NCBI GenBank assembly: GCA_028534125.1
Contig: CM052817.1
Span: 53,446,001-53,510,000, forward strand
Length of the DNA stretch: 64,000 nt
DNA from: Lama glama
Taxonomy: Eukaryota
Direction: 5' to 3'
The position numbers and the translations under genes are program-made. Positions within the stretch are counted from its first letter, which is position 1. Each line of letters opens with the position of its first letter. The notes beneath the pieces were generated by a model. The model made no database searches. It saw only the letters and a list, made by a program, of their open reading frames with translations, and was not told the origin of the DNA. This document shows positions 25,018 to 37,665 of the stretch, piece by piece.

Positions 25018-28000
25018 ATGGAAATAAGTACATAGATATCAATAATTACTTTAAGTGTAGATGGACTTACCGCTCCGATCAAAAGATACAAAATAGCTGA
25101 ATGGATACCAAAAAATGATGCATGTACATGCTGTCTATAAGACATTTACTTCAGAATTAAAGAAAAACAGAATGAAAGTAAGGAGATGGTAAAATCTATT
25201 TCATGCAAATGGAACTCAAAAGAAGGCTGGAGTAGCAATACTTACATCAGACAAAATAGAGAAATAAAGACTGTTACATGAGAAAAATAGAATATCACAT
25301 AATGATCAAAGGATCAATCCAACAAGAAGATAAAACAATTGTAAATATATATGTACACAACATGGGACATCTAAATACATAAAGCAAATATTAACAAACA
25401 TAAAGGGAGAAATCTACAGTAATATAATAATATTAGGGAACTTTAACATCCCACTTATATCAATGGACAGATCATCTGGATGAAAAATCAATATGGAAAT
25501 ACTTGCTTTAAATGACACATTAGACCAGATGACTTAACAGATATATATAGAATTTTCCACACAAAAACAGTAGAACATATTCTTTTCAAGTAAACACAGA
25601 CATTCTCCAGGATAGAGCACCTGCTAGGCCATAAAACAAGCCCCAGTAAACTTAAGAAAATTGAAATTAGATCAAATGTCTTTTCTGACCACAATACTAA
25701 GAGTAAAAATCAACTACATGGGAAAAACTGAAAAAAAAAAACCCACAAACACATGGAGGCTACACAATATCTGCTAAACAACCAACAGATTACTGAAGAA
25801 ATCAAATAAGAAATTAACAAAATACCTGGAGATAAATGAAAATTACAGCAATCCAAAATCCATGGGACACAGCAAAAACAGTTCAATGAGGGATGTTTAT
25901 AGTAATACAAGCTTTCCTCAGAACAGAAGAAAATCTCAAATGATAACTTATCCTTACAGTTAATGGAAAGAAGAAATGGCAAAACCTGAAGTCAATAGAA
26001 GGAAAGAAATCATCAGGATCAAAGCAAAAAAGACTGAAAAAGAAACTTAAAAAAAAATAGAAAAGATCAATGAAAATAGAGCTGGTTCTTTAAAAAGATA
26101 AACAAAATTGATGAACCTTTAACAAGACCCATCAAGAAAAATAAATAAACGATCAAAATGAATAAAATTAAAAATGAAAAAGAAGAAACCAAAACTGGCA
26201 CCACAAATACAAAGGATCAGAAGAGATCACTATGAACAGCCATATGGCAACAAAATGGAAAATTTAGAAGAAAAGGACAAATTACTAGAAATGTACAATC
26301 TCCCAAGACTCAACCAGGAAGTAACAGAAAATATGAACAGACCATTACCAGTAATGAAACAGAATCATTACTTTGAAAAACTCCCAACAAAAGTCCAAGA
26401 CAGATGGCTTCAGAAGTGAATCATACCAAACATTTAGAGAAGAGTTAACACCTATCCTCAAACTGTTCCAAAAATTTGCAGAGGAAGGAATGCTTCCTAA
26501 GTCTTTAGGCCAGCAACACCTTAATACCAAAACCAGACAGAGATATCACAGAAAAAGAAAAGTACAGGCCAATATGAAAAATGAACATAGATGCAAAAAT
26601 CCTCAACCAAATATTAGCAAACTGCATCCAACAATATGTTAAAAGGATCATACATCATGATCAAGTAGAATTTATCCCAAGGATACAAGGATGGTTCAAT
26701 ATTTGCAACTCAATCAATATGATACACCACAGTAACAAATTAAAGAATAAAATGCATATGATCATCTCAACAGATGCATAAAAACCTTTAATAAAATTCA
26801 ACATATATTTATGATTAAAACTCTCCAGAGAGTAGGTACAGAGAGAGCATACCTCAACATAATAAAGGGCATGTATGATAAACCCACATCTGGCATCATA
26901 CTCAATGGTGAAAAACTGATAGCTTTTCCCCCCAAATGAGGAAAAAGACAAGGATGTCCACTCTTTCCACTTTTATTCAACACAGTAAGTCATAGACACA
27001 GCAATCAGACAAGTAAAATAAATAAAAGGAATCCAAATTGAAAAGCAAGAATTAAAACTGGTCACTGTTTGCAGATGGCATGATAATCTAGATATAAAAT
27101 CCTACAGATGCCACCAAAAAGCTATGAAAGTGCATCAGGGAATTCAGTGCAGTTGCAGGATACAAAACTAACATACAGATGTCTGTTGAATTTCTATACA
27201 CTAACAATGAACTATCAGAAGAGAAATTAATGAAACAATCCCACTTACAAGTACATCAAAAAGAATAAAATAAGAAAAAGAGAATAGTAGGAATAATAGC
27301 TACCTCAAGAGGTAAAGACCTATACTCAGAAAATATAAGGAACTGATGAAAGCAATTGAAAACAATACAAACAGATGGAAAGATATAACATGTTCAAGGG
27401 CTGGAAAATTTGATATTGTTAAAAGGAACATACCACCAAAGGCAACTTACAGATTCAATGCAATTCCTATCAAAATACCAATGGCATTTTTCACAGAACT
27501 AGAACAAATAATTTTAAAATGTGTATAGAAACATAAAAGACCCCTAGCAGCCAAAACAATATCGACAAAGAAGAACAGAGGTGGAGGTATCATGCTTCTT
27601 GACTTCAGACTATACTACAAAGCTACAGTAATCAAAACACTATGGTACTACCACAAGCACCGACACATAGATCAAACAGAATAGACAGCCAGGAATAAAC
27701 TCATACATTTATGGTCAATTTATCCACAACAAAGGAGACAGGAACATACAATGGAGAAAAATGAAAAAAAAAAAGATAGTTTCTTCAACAAGTGGTGCTG
27801 GGAAAACTGGATAGCTGCATGGAAAAGAATGAAATTAGAACATTTTCTCACACCATATACAAAAATAAATTCCAAATGTATTAAAGACCTAAATGTAAGA
27901 CCAGAATCTGTAAAACTCCTTAAATAGAACATAGGCAGAACACCCTTTGACATAAATTGTAGTATTTTTTTTTCGATCTCTCTTCTAAGGCAAAGGAAAC

Positions 28001-28210
28001 AAAAGCAAAAGTAAACAAGTGGGATCTTGTTAAACTTAAAAACTTTTGTAAACCAAAGGAAATCATTGACAAATGAAAAGACAGCCTACTGAATGGGAGA
28101 AAATATTTGCAAATTATGTGATCGAAATATGTGAACAGTTCACACAACTCAATAACAAACAAAAACAGCTTGATTAAAAAATGTGCAGAAGACCTGATTA
28201 GACATTTTTC
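25018..28210 (+). pseudogene. LINE-1 ORF2p (endonuclease + reverse transcriptase) remnant
   Basis: Starts atggaaataagtaca...ataattactttaagtgtagatggact; EN motif SDH (ttttctgaccacaat, about 25681); RT catalytic motif reads FADG (tttgcagatggc, 27068) instead of FADD; many stops. Confidence 0.92.
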
Positions 28211-29216
28211 TGAATCTGAACAATCTGAACAATCATCTCACAAAAGACGATATACAGAGGCAAATAAGCACATGAAATGATGCTCAATACCATGTCATTA
28301 GGGAATTGCAGATTAAAATAACGAGATGGCACTACACCCCTACAGAATGGCTAAATTCCAAAACACTGACAACACCAAGTGCTGACAAGGATGTAGACTA
28401 ACAGGAACTCTCATTCCTTGCTGGTGGAATGCAAAATGATACAGCCACTTTGGAAGATGGTTTGGCAGGGATTTTGTCAACAAAATTAAACACAGTTTTA
28501 CCATACAACTGAGTAATCACACTTAAAAATATTTACCCAGATAAGCTGAAAACTTACATCCACATAAAATTCTGCATTCAAATGTTTATAACAATTTTAC
28601 TCATAACTGCCAAAAATCAGATGCAACCAAGATGACTTTCAGTGGGTGAATGAATAAACTCCGATAAATCCATACAACGCAATGTTATTCTGTGATAAAA
28701 ATAAGTGACCTATTAAACCAGGAAAAGATACTGAGGAGCCTTAAATGCATATTGCCCAGTGAAAGAAGCCAGTCTGAAAAAGCTAAATGCTACATGATTC
28801 TAACTGTATGACAAATTGAAAAAGGCAGTACTACAGAGACAGTAAAAAGATCAGTATTTGCCAGGAGCTGTGGAGGAAAGAATGTATTGGTGGAGCACAG
28901 GGCATTTTTAGGACAGTGGACTTATTCTGTATGATACTGACATGATGCATTTGTCAAAACCCATTGAACTGTACAACACAAAGAGTGAACCCTAATGTAA
29001 ACTATTGACTTTAGTTAATTATAATGTATTTGTATTGGTTTATCAACTATAATAATTGTACCACACCAATGCAAGAGGTCAGTAATAGAGAAACTATTGA
29101 TGGAGAGGTAGGCAGGAAGAAGGAAATATATAAGAATCCTGTATTTAGAGCTCATTTTTTTCTGTAAACCCAAAACTGCTCTAACAAATAAATTCTATAA
29201 ACTAAAAAAAAAAAAG
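28211..29216 (+). mobile_element. L1MC-type (L1MC2-like) ORF2 end, 3' UTR and poly-A
   Basis: aacactgacaacaccaagtgctg, ccttaaatgcatattgc, catttgtcaaaacccattgaactgtacaacacaaagagtgaaccctaatgtaaactat, ctgtaaacccaaaactgctcta, then an A tail. Confidence 0.85.
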
Positions 29217-31119
29217 TTTGGGAAAGGTACGTTTAAAAGAAATTCACTGCCTCGTGTTGTATTGCCACCAGGCAAAAGGAGAAAAATTTTTAAATGGCTA
29301 ATGTTCTACTTTTTGTTTTGTTTATAGTTCTATTCTAGTTGATTTCTCTAATTCAAAAATGTTCTCCAAAAAGATGTACTTTGAAACAGTTGTCAGCTTA
29401 TTAATAGAGGTAGCACTTCTGACATCAAGTGAGAATCAGTTCTATATTTCAACAGCAGAACACGAAAAGGCTTGCATTCCTTAAGGATTCCACAAACTGC
29501 TTATTAAACTTTCACAGCCTACTTCAAAAAGTAGAAACAGGAGTCAGGTAAAAAAGCCTCAAAGGAGAAAAACCACATAGAAGGCCAACTCCTATCCTAT
29601 TCTACACACAAACACAGCTTCTACTGAAAAATAATATTTCTTTCCTTTTCTTTTTTTAATTCAATGGCAGACCCTAAGCATTCTATAAGGAAACAAATCT
29701 ATTCCCAAAGTGTATATAACAAGTATGGCCACACAGAAGGTTAGATCTAAAGGTGAAGTTGACCTCTTTATCACAAAGAAAATCATAGAGAACCAAAAAG
29801 TTCTTTCATTTGGACACTTAGACGACAGAAGTGCAGGAATTGTTAGGGTTATAACTATAGATGACACTCAAAGCCTGGATTTAAACACAGCCACTCTGAA
29901 TATAACATTTGCTTGGCCCAAAGTACCCATTATTATTTTTTTTTTGTTTTTGAAGAAGTGTTGTCTATTACAAGACAGAGCAATTGAAAACGTGGAATCT
30001 TTCTATGTGCTTATGAGAATATATAATCTTTTTTCTTCCCCAGAAAAAGATGTTTCCAGTAATAAAATTTCCCCAAGGGCTCAATTTATACTATAAAATT
30101 TATTCCCTCTAATTATAATATGTAGCTTAAAAAACAAATCTCTATGAAGATTTATACTACCAAATCAAAAATATAGAAAGGGGCATAATATATAATAGAT
30201 TTAAATGTTAATGTATACTTTTTCATCTATATGAAATACTGCTGGTAATTTCATACAGGTACTGAAATAGAGGTGATATTTTTCATCATTATGATTTGCT
30301 TATAACAGGAGGCTATTTCATAGCTGCAATCTTTTATAAAAAATTATATGCTTTAAATGAGTGGAAGGTCCAAATATAGCCTAGGAGAAAGGGCTACTGT
30401 GCTAAGATTAAATTTATCTATGAAGGCTTTGCTCAAAAAGTCTGTGGGAAATTACTTTCATGGTAATAAATAATAACTTTTCAAAATTAAATTTATCATA
30501 AATGTTGAGAAAAATGTACATGAGGAAGGTACTTCTAATGTCTGGTGGGATTTTGCCTCAGTTGGCAGATAACAAAAAACAGTTGGAAACTACTGATTTC
30601 TAATTGTGTTTTCTCTTTCTCTCCTACTAAAAGCAACTGAAAACTTATCTCCTTCAAAAAGTCTTGGCTAAGTAACCCTCTCAAAATTCCCTTTGATCCT
30701 ACCTTTTTACTCATTATTTGCATAGCCATAATATGAATTAAATTAAATGTATCTTTGCAAATAATATTAAATCTTTATTCCACTAGCAGTTTCCTAGAGA
30801 ATAGAGTTCTTGAATTTTACTATTTTTAGGCCCCATAGCACTTTACAAATGCAAAGAATGTAAAGCAGTCAGTTTTGAACCACTGGGAGGTGACGTCATT
30901 TTCTGTATATTCATAACCTAGATTATGAGAAAATCTTTAAAATTTGGTGTATAAATACATCAACAAAACTTATTAAAATTTAATTCTTCTAAACTTTGAT
31001 GGGGTATTTATAGTTCTTGGAATCTAAACAAACAAAACAAAACAGGATAAATTTTGAATGTCTATCCATAAAAGAATGATAGAATAAAGTATTCAGCCCA
31101 GTATTACAGAAAATGACAC

Positions 31120-31245
31120 CATGATTAAAAAGAATGCATTTGATCTAGATAATTTTCCTAATTATATCACTTTCTTGCTAAGAGTTACTCAGCATCCAAT
31201 AGCTTAGTTTCCTTATTTGTGGAATAGAAACATTATTTGTCCTGA
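31120..31245 (+). mobile_element. MIR fragment
   Basis: agagttactcagcatcc...gcttagtttccttatttgtggaataga. Confidence 0.4.
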
Positions 31246-31671
31246 GACAAGCAAAGTAGGAATAAATGAATACACTAGTACACATTAAACAAATGAATAC
31301 ATACTTTCATAAGTGAATATACTAGTACACGTTAAACAAATAAAGTATAGTTATATACTTTTATGTATTTTATGCAATGTATATACATTTTACTACGTTG
31401 TTTGAAACATTCATTTAATAATACTTTAATAATCAATGTAAAAATTAAAAACAGGAGTATCTGTGTTAATACCTTATGTCCTGTGCTTGCAAAGTGCTTC
31501 TGGTATCTTGGTACTAGATGGACCTATAGGAATAGGTCATCTGTGCTTCAGTTTTCCTAGTTCTTAATGGGTGTATAAAAGTCTGCTATAGGAGTCACTT
31601 CCCCAGAAATAATTTGGTTAGAATACCTACACTTCTAAGTCCTTAGGAATTCTCATAATTTATTTATTTAT

Positions 31672-31672
<1 letters not shown>

Positions 31673-31714
<42 letters not shown>
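31673..31714. repeat. (GATA)n tetranucleotide microsatellite
   Basis: About ten uninterrupted taga units. Confidence 0.95.
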
Positions 31715-31719
31715 TAGAT

Positions 31720-33550
31720 ATATCATAATAATATATATATACATACACACATATATACATGTGGATTTGGATACAGGTACAAATATTAATATAGATATAG
31801 AGAAATAATAAATAATTATATAGGGAAATTAGTATAGATGTAAATGTATGTATGCATTTGTGCAGGTGGACATGCCAAAATACCAGGAGATGACATCAAT
31901 AAATCAAAACAAGTAAGCCACATTGATGTAGAAGTTTCAGTTTCAGTATCTATGTACATATACACACATATATTCCTTAATTCCATAATCCTAAAAACAG
32001 AGAGGGCCAGCAAGCAGTGACACCCCAATAGCAATGAGCAAACTTAGCATCCAGATTTTTACTTATAAGTGGTATTCTCCACTAAAATAAAGCTAGGATT
32101 CTTGGAGAAATATCTGATTTCAGAGCCAGGTAAGAGAAAGAACAAGATGAGACTGAAATATCTTATGCCACAGAGTAAGTAACTGCGCAAGGAATTATGA
32201 AGACATGTCAAAAAAGATATGGAAGCTCAAATTGAAGAGGCTTGTACAAGCCAAATATGGAGTAATTGAGTATTTAGTTAAATAAATGGTAGTAATCAGT
32301 TATAACTCATTGAATAAAATAAGTATTAAAATACTTCCCAATAAAATACAGACAGTCCAGATGGTTCAACTTACAATTTTTCAGCTTTACAATGGTACTA
32401 AAGTGAAACACATTCAGCTATAACCAATCTTCAAATTTTGAATTTTGATCTTCTCCTGTGGAACTGATATATCATAATATTCTCTCTCATGGTGCTGGGC
32501 AGCAGCTCCCAGTCAGCCACACAATCACAGGGATAAACAACCCATACACTTACAACCATCTGGATCCATACAACCATTCTGTCTTTCACTTTCAGTAAAG
32601 AATTCAGTAAAATACATGAGGTGTTTAACACTTCACTATAAAATAGACTTTATGCTACATATTTTTGCCCAACTGTAGGCTAACGTAACTGCTGTGAGCA
32701 CATTTAAGCTAGGTTAGTCTAAGCTGTGATGTTTGGTCAGTTAGGCGTATTAAACATATTTTTGTCTTAATGATATTTTTAACTTATTTTAAATCCCATC
32801 ATAAGGTGAGGAAGATCCATAATTAACAATTATAAAGGGGGGAAAACTTACAACAGGAGCTTAGCAGACACCACCTCAATCAAGTTATCAGAGTTACCCT
32901 CACCACTAATGGGATAAATCAAAACTGATGCCCAATCATATGCATTAAGAGCATAGCATCCTGTGTGTGATTTTCTTGCCAAAGATGCAAAACTAAACCT
33001 AAGCACAAGTGAATATTAGATCAATGCAAATTACAGTACATTCTATAAAACAACTGGCCTATATTCCTGGTCTGTAAACTTCAAGGGTCAAGTCCATGAA
33101 AGTCATGAAGAAGCAGGAATTCTTCAGGCTGAAGGAATATAAAGAGTACATATGCCAACTCAGAGCAATGAGAACTTCTGGATGAGATACTTCAGCTACA
33201 AAGAAAATGATTCAGACAGTTGCTGAAACTTGTGTGAGGAAAATTAAGATCTGAGGATTAAATGGTAGTAATTTCCTGATTTTGATCATTGTATTTGACT
33301 ATGTATGAGAATGTACTGGTCTGCAGGAAATACACAATAAAGTATTTAGGAGTAATGTAGTAAATGTCAGCAGGCTACTCTGAAGGTTTTCAGGAGTTAT
33401 TTGAAGAAAAAGAGGGAGAGGGAAGGAGAGAGGGAGGTAAGAGAGCAGGAAATGGAGAGTGAGAGAGGACAAGGAAGAGATAGAGAGGGAGGTAGAAAGT
33501 TGTTTGTACTGGGAACTTTCCTACAAGCTTATAATTGTTTCCAAAATGTC
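31720..33550 (+). mobile_element. L1MC3/MC4-type long 3' UTR, split by a Tigger5/MER47 insertion
   Basis: gacaccccaatagcaatgagcaaacttagcatccagat...cttggagaaatatctgatt; resumes after 32821 with gcagacaccacctcaatcaag...ttcttgccaaagatgca...gtttccaaaat. Confidence 0.8.
32349..32819 (-). mobile_element. TcMar-Tigger non-autonomous element (MER47/Tigger5b-like)
   Basis: TA-flanked (32347-48 and 32820-21); cagacagtcc...gatggttcaacttacaattttt; ttttgcccaactgtaggctaa; aagctgtgatgtttggtcagttaggcgtattaaa. Confidence 0.88.
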
Positions 33551-33599
33551 TTTAAAGTTTTAAGAAAGCAGTAAGGATGGGAGGAAACATGTTCAGATC

Positions 33600-33839
33600 T
33601 GCAGGAATCACTCTCCTACCCACCCTGTGCTACAGCAAAATAAGGAGATATAAAAGAAAGGGAGGACATGAGATCAGAAAACAGTCTTTGTTGCTCAGGA
33701 GAGAATGGAAAGGAACTCAAGATCCACTATAGAGCAAACTGCCTAAAGTAGATGCAGATGACCCAGAGGATGGAGGCTCTAGGAAGGAGGACTTCAGAAA
33801 AAAAAAAAAACTCAAATATTGATATAATATGGTCAAGAC

Positions 33840-33879
<40 letters not shown>

Positions 33880-34270
33880 GGAAAGAAATAAGGAAACAGA
33901 AGTATAAGAAGAAAGACAACTGGAAATCTCAGGATAAAACAAAAAACTAAATGTGGGAGAAACCCATCTCCCAACATCTATTTTCATTTATACTAATTTG
34001 GATAAAAGGCTATAGAGAAGGAGTCAGGGAAGATAATAATAGTCATATCCATGCAGGAAGCAATTAGGTAATGTCCAAAATCAATAAATTAAGAAATAGC
34101 AGTATAAAGTTAGAGACATGGACGTGTCAACCAAAGCAAAAACAGTTCAAAGTGATTGCCTTTTTAAGGTAGAACTTGGAAATGAGAACTGAGTGGAGGA
34201 TAGCATAAATTCATTATAAAATTTTGTGATTTTTTAATATTTCATGCAAAGTCATGTATTTGATGTTTAG
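33600..34270 (+). mobile_element. HAL1 (half-L1) 3' region
   Basis: taatgtccaaaatcaataaattaagaaatagcagtataa...tagagacatgga...ttcaaagtgattgcct...ttcattataa; 5' boundary uncertain. Confidence 0.6.
33842..33878. repeat. (CA)n microsatellite
   Basis: Perfect run of about 18 CA units. Confidence 0.97.
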
Positions 34271-34398
34271 TGATGGTTTTGATCCAAATTAAGTTCTAAT
34301 TTTATGACAAGTCATTTTATTTAGACATTATGAGAGAAGATGTTTGGGATAGGAATCCACTAGAGGCTTGTCCTTTGAGTTTCCAAGATCCCTATGCC

Positions 34399-34648
34399 AA
34401 CGATCTGTAAACTGTGGTTTACAGTTCATTAGCAGTTCATGAAGTCATTTTAGTGAGTCTAGTTTTATGTTATGTTTGCTTGAAGTAGAATATAATAAAA
34501 TGGCATGGCATAGGCCAGATCAGAGTGAAACACACATACACGTATGTGCTTGTGCACATGTGTGGGGGTGTGTGTAAATGAATAGTGGGTCATGCTATTA
34601 AAGGTATTTTTTACTGTGGGACCTGTGAAAAGTTTTGAAAGCTATCTA
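34399..34648. mobile_element. hAT-type MITE, decayed
   Basis: aaactgtggtttacagttcattagcagttcatgaagtcattttagtgagtc...gggtcatg...ttactgtggg...aaaagttttgaaagcta. Confidence 0.5.
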
Positions 34649-34896
34649 ACAATTATATTTTTCATAATTTTTGTAGCTTCTTCCTTTCCTTTACTCCAAA
34701 TCCAGAGTTACGTTAAAGAAGAGAGAGATACACTAAAGTATGCAACAGTGTCAATTGATAAAACGGGAAATCCTCTTTAGGTAAATAATTAATGTATGTA
34801 TGACTTTTAAATGTTTAACTGTGCTTAAGTACAAGTGATTATATGTATATATGATGAATCAGTAAATATCAGTGATTATTTATCAAAAATTTATAC

Positions 34897-35125
34897 CAGG
34901 GGTAGCCAATTATGAACCACAGGACAAATACACCCACAGCATGTTTTTGAAAATAAAGTTTTATTGGAGCACAGTCATACTTTTTGTTTATGTATTTTTT
35001 TGTTTATGTATTATATGTGGCTATCTTTATGCTATGATGGCAGACCTTAGTAGTTGCAACTGACCAAATGGGCAACAGTCTAAAAGATTTACTTCTGAAC
35101 TTTACAGGAAGTTTGCTGGCTCCTG
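34897..35125. mobile_element. hAT-Charlie MITE, MER58A-like
   Basis: Termini caggggtagccaa...tttgctggctcctg; aaataaagttttattggagcacagtcat; imperfect 8-bp TSD atttatac / aattagac. Confidence 0.85.
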
Positions 35126-35319
35126 AATTAGACAAATACTATAACTCACTGGCTACTAGATTTGAGCATTTGGATAGTCTGGGAAGAAATGATGGTGAGT
35201 TTGGAAAAATGTGATATATTTTATTTTGTTGTTAAAAAATGAGGTGTACAAGAGAAAAACAAGTGTAGCTTGGCCTTTGACTAGATCAACAATGCTTCCA
35301 AACAAGTTTAAAAATAATA

Positions 35320-35552
35320 CTAATATTAACATTTGTTAAATGTTTACCTTTTGCTCTACATGCAGTGTCTCCTTTAATAAAAACTTTAATAATAACCAAG
35401 GTATTATTATAGTTCTTTTACATGTGAGTAAAGTGTGATTTATATAGATTAGGAAACAGCAAAATTTACCTAGTAATCTACCTAGGAAGCGACGTGACGT
35501 GACTCATACTTAATTTAAAGTCTGTTGAATTCCAGAGCTAACTCTTAACAAC
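35320..35552 (-). mobile_element. MIR SINE
   Basis: taacatttgttaaatgtttac...ggtattattat...tttacatgtgagtaa...gtctgttgaattccagagc. Confidence 0.55.
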
Positions 35553-35958
35553 CTGGTAAAATTGTTGTACTTTGGTCCTGAATACTGAAGTAGCTTATCA
35601 ATACGCATTACCAATACTACGAAATACATTCAAATTGAATGTCCCACTGAGAAGTTCATGGAAACATTTTTTTTAAAAAAGGTATGCATATGTATTTATT
35701 TATTTGCATTGCAAGCATTTTCCCTGATAAGAAGGAAAAATGGCTAGGAGCATAGTTCATATAGGAAGATTCATTAACTGGCTTTATACAACCAGTTGTC
35801 TACTGTCACTGAGAACAGAAAAAAGAATATAAAATCATGGTAACTCATCAGCAGTGTAACTCTGCTTTGCCATCTACCAGTTGCGCTCTCTTAGCCAAAA
35901 CTGTTAAACTGTCTGAGCTTCAGACTCTTCATCATTAAAACAAGACTAAGAAATTTGC

Positions 35959-36092
35959 ATTCCAATGTTCACAGCAGCACTATTTATAATAGCCAAGAAA
36001 TATAAACAACCTGTCTATCAACAGATAAATGAATAAAGAAAATGTGATTGATAGATAGATAGATTATAGATAGATAGATAATAGATAGATAG

Positions 36093-36131
<39 letters not shown>

Positions 36132-36564
36132 GGAATATTACTGAGTCTTAAAAAAGAATGAAAATTTTGCCATTTGCAACAACACTGATTGACCTGGAGG
36201 GTATTATGCTTAGTGAAATAAGTCAGACAGAAAAAGACAAATACTGTATTTTTCACTTATATGTGGAATCTAAAAAATAAAACAAAGGAATGAACATAAC
36301 AATACAGAAACAGACTTACGGGTATAGAGAACAAATTCGTGGTTACCAGTTGGGAGAGGGTGAGGGGGAAAGGGCAAGATAGGTGAAGGGAATGAAGAGG
36401 TACAACTACTAGGTGTAGCATAAATAAGTAACAAGTATAGCACAGGGAATATAGTCAATGTTTTATAGTAACTTGTATGGAATATACTCTACAAAAATAT
36501 CAAATTACTATGTTGTATAACTGAAACCAATATTGTAAGTCAACTGTACTTCAACTTAAAAAAA
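35959..36564 (+). mobile_element. 5'-truncated LINE-1 3' end (L1MA9-like / laurasiatherian)
   Basis: caatgttcacagcagcactatttataatagccaag...cttagtgaaataagtcagacagaaaaagacaaatac...gtaagtcaactgtacttcaa plus poly-A; perfect 11-bp TSD aagaaatttgc at 35948-35958 and 36565-36575. Confidence 0.93.
36049..36129. repeat. Compound (GATA)n-(CA)n microsatellite inside the L1
   Basis: gatagatagatagattatagatagatagataatagatagatagat followed by about 17 ac units. Confidence 0.93.
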
Positions 36565-37325
36565 AAGAAATTTGCTGTAAGGATCTAATGGATTGTAATA
36601 CAAAAATGCACAGAATGTAGTAGTTAAACAATAAATGGTTAGTTATAAAATACATTGGTTATATAGGAAAACTGCTTTTCTTGCAGTTGTGTTTATCAAC
36701 AAATTAACTCATAAAAAAATTAACTTATGGTTTAAAGGTATTGCAAAATAACATGTTTTCATTTCTCTAAGATGTATAGGTCCGGTTTTTGTGTCTGAGT
36801 AGGTAGATTCTATGAAAGCAGAAATCAATAATATCTTGGGGTCTTTTCACTTCTAATACCTAAAAATTAGCATTATCAGTTTCCTGGACAGAAATGAAGG
36901 TCCAGAGCTAACCTCAGACACAGAGGATGTCAGGCATGCTTACCCTCAGCTCCCACCTAGTCAGTCTGCCTGATGCAGACACTGTCTACCCAATACTCTC
37001 AAGGGCCCTTGTCACTGACCTCACCCTTTTCCAGAAGCCCAGTTCTGTGGACTTTTCCACTCATTTACTACTATTTATTAGAAAATAAAATAGCATGCAG
37101 AAAATTAGAGTTTTATGGCAAAGATGTCACCTTAGTTAAGCAAGATCTTGAAACAAGTAAAAACTGAGGGTGTTCTATCCCTAACAAATTTGTGCCAATT
37201 ATGTATGTTATGCACGTATACAGTAAAAAAAATTCTGGCTTTGTAGTTATTCTTTCAAACCTATTTTAAATTCAACAAAAAGGCCATTTTCCAAATGACA
37301 CTAATAGTTTTTGTTGCCTATTCTA

Positions 37326-37414
37326 TTTTTTTTTTTAATGGAGGTACTGGGGATTGAACCCATGATCACATGCATGCTAAGCATGTGCTCTACCACTGAG
37401 CTATTTTCCTCCCT
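37326..37414 (-). mobile_element. tRNA-Ala-derived SINE, short form (camelid vic-1-like)
   Basis: Reverse complement reads gggaggaaaatagctcagtggtagagcacatgcttagcatgcatgtgatcatgggttcaatccccagtacctccatt plus poly-A; A and B boxes; TSD cctattcta / cctatccta. Confidence 0.88.
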
Positions 37415-37479
37415 CCTATCCTACTATTAAAGGCAAGCAACTTACTGCTCTATTATTGGTAGGATTCTTCCTCTTCACT

Positions 37480-37665
37480 AACATTTACTAATTATTTACT
37501 ATGTGCTATGTACACATCTTAATTAATATTCATTAAAACTGCATGAAGTGGCTACTAAGTATCTGTGGAAACAGGCTTAGAAACCCTAAGTTACTCAAAG
37601 TCTAAAAACTAGTAAGAGGTGGAAATGGAATTCAGAGAAAACCCTTTCTAATACTAAAGTGTGCT
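37480..37665 (-). mobile_element. MIR SINE
   Basis: acatttactaattatttactatgtgc...ggaaacaggcttaga...aactagtaagaggtggaaatggaattca. Confidence 0.55.

Larger units (their letters stand above)
21930..28210 (+). mobile_element. Near full-length degraded LINE-1 (laurasiatherian L1MA-type): 5' UTR, ORF1, inter-ORF region, most of ORF2
   Basis: Starts with the L1 promoter motif caagatggc; GC-rich 5' UTR to about 23580; ORF1 and ORF2 remnants; RT peptides [14 protein letters not shown] and [17 protein letters not shown] are in the ORF track. Confidence 0.95.
35845..36646 (+). mobile_element. MIR SINE split by a LINE-1 insertion
   Basis: ctctgctttgccatctaccag...ctgagcttcagactcttcatc before the L1 and tgtaaggatctaatg...caataaatggttagttat after it. 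Confidence 0.55.

Noticed and set aside
21930..29216. Active, retrotransposition-competent LINE-1
   Set aside because: Numerous stops and frameshifts in both ORFs, and the RT motif is mutated to FADG
21912..29232. TSD around the long L1 (aaaggta near both ends)
   Set aside because: Only a 7-bp A-rich match, offset from the poly-A end; not convincing
29710..30096. 128-aa ORF, or an exon after the pyrimidine tract at about 29640-29670
   Set aside because: Non-ATG start, no recognisable domain and a weak donor; compatible with chance
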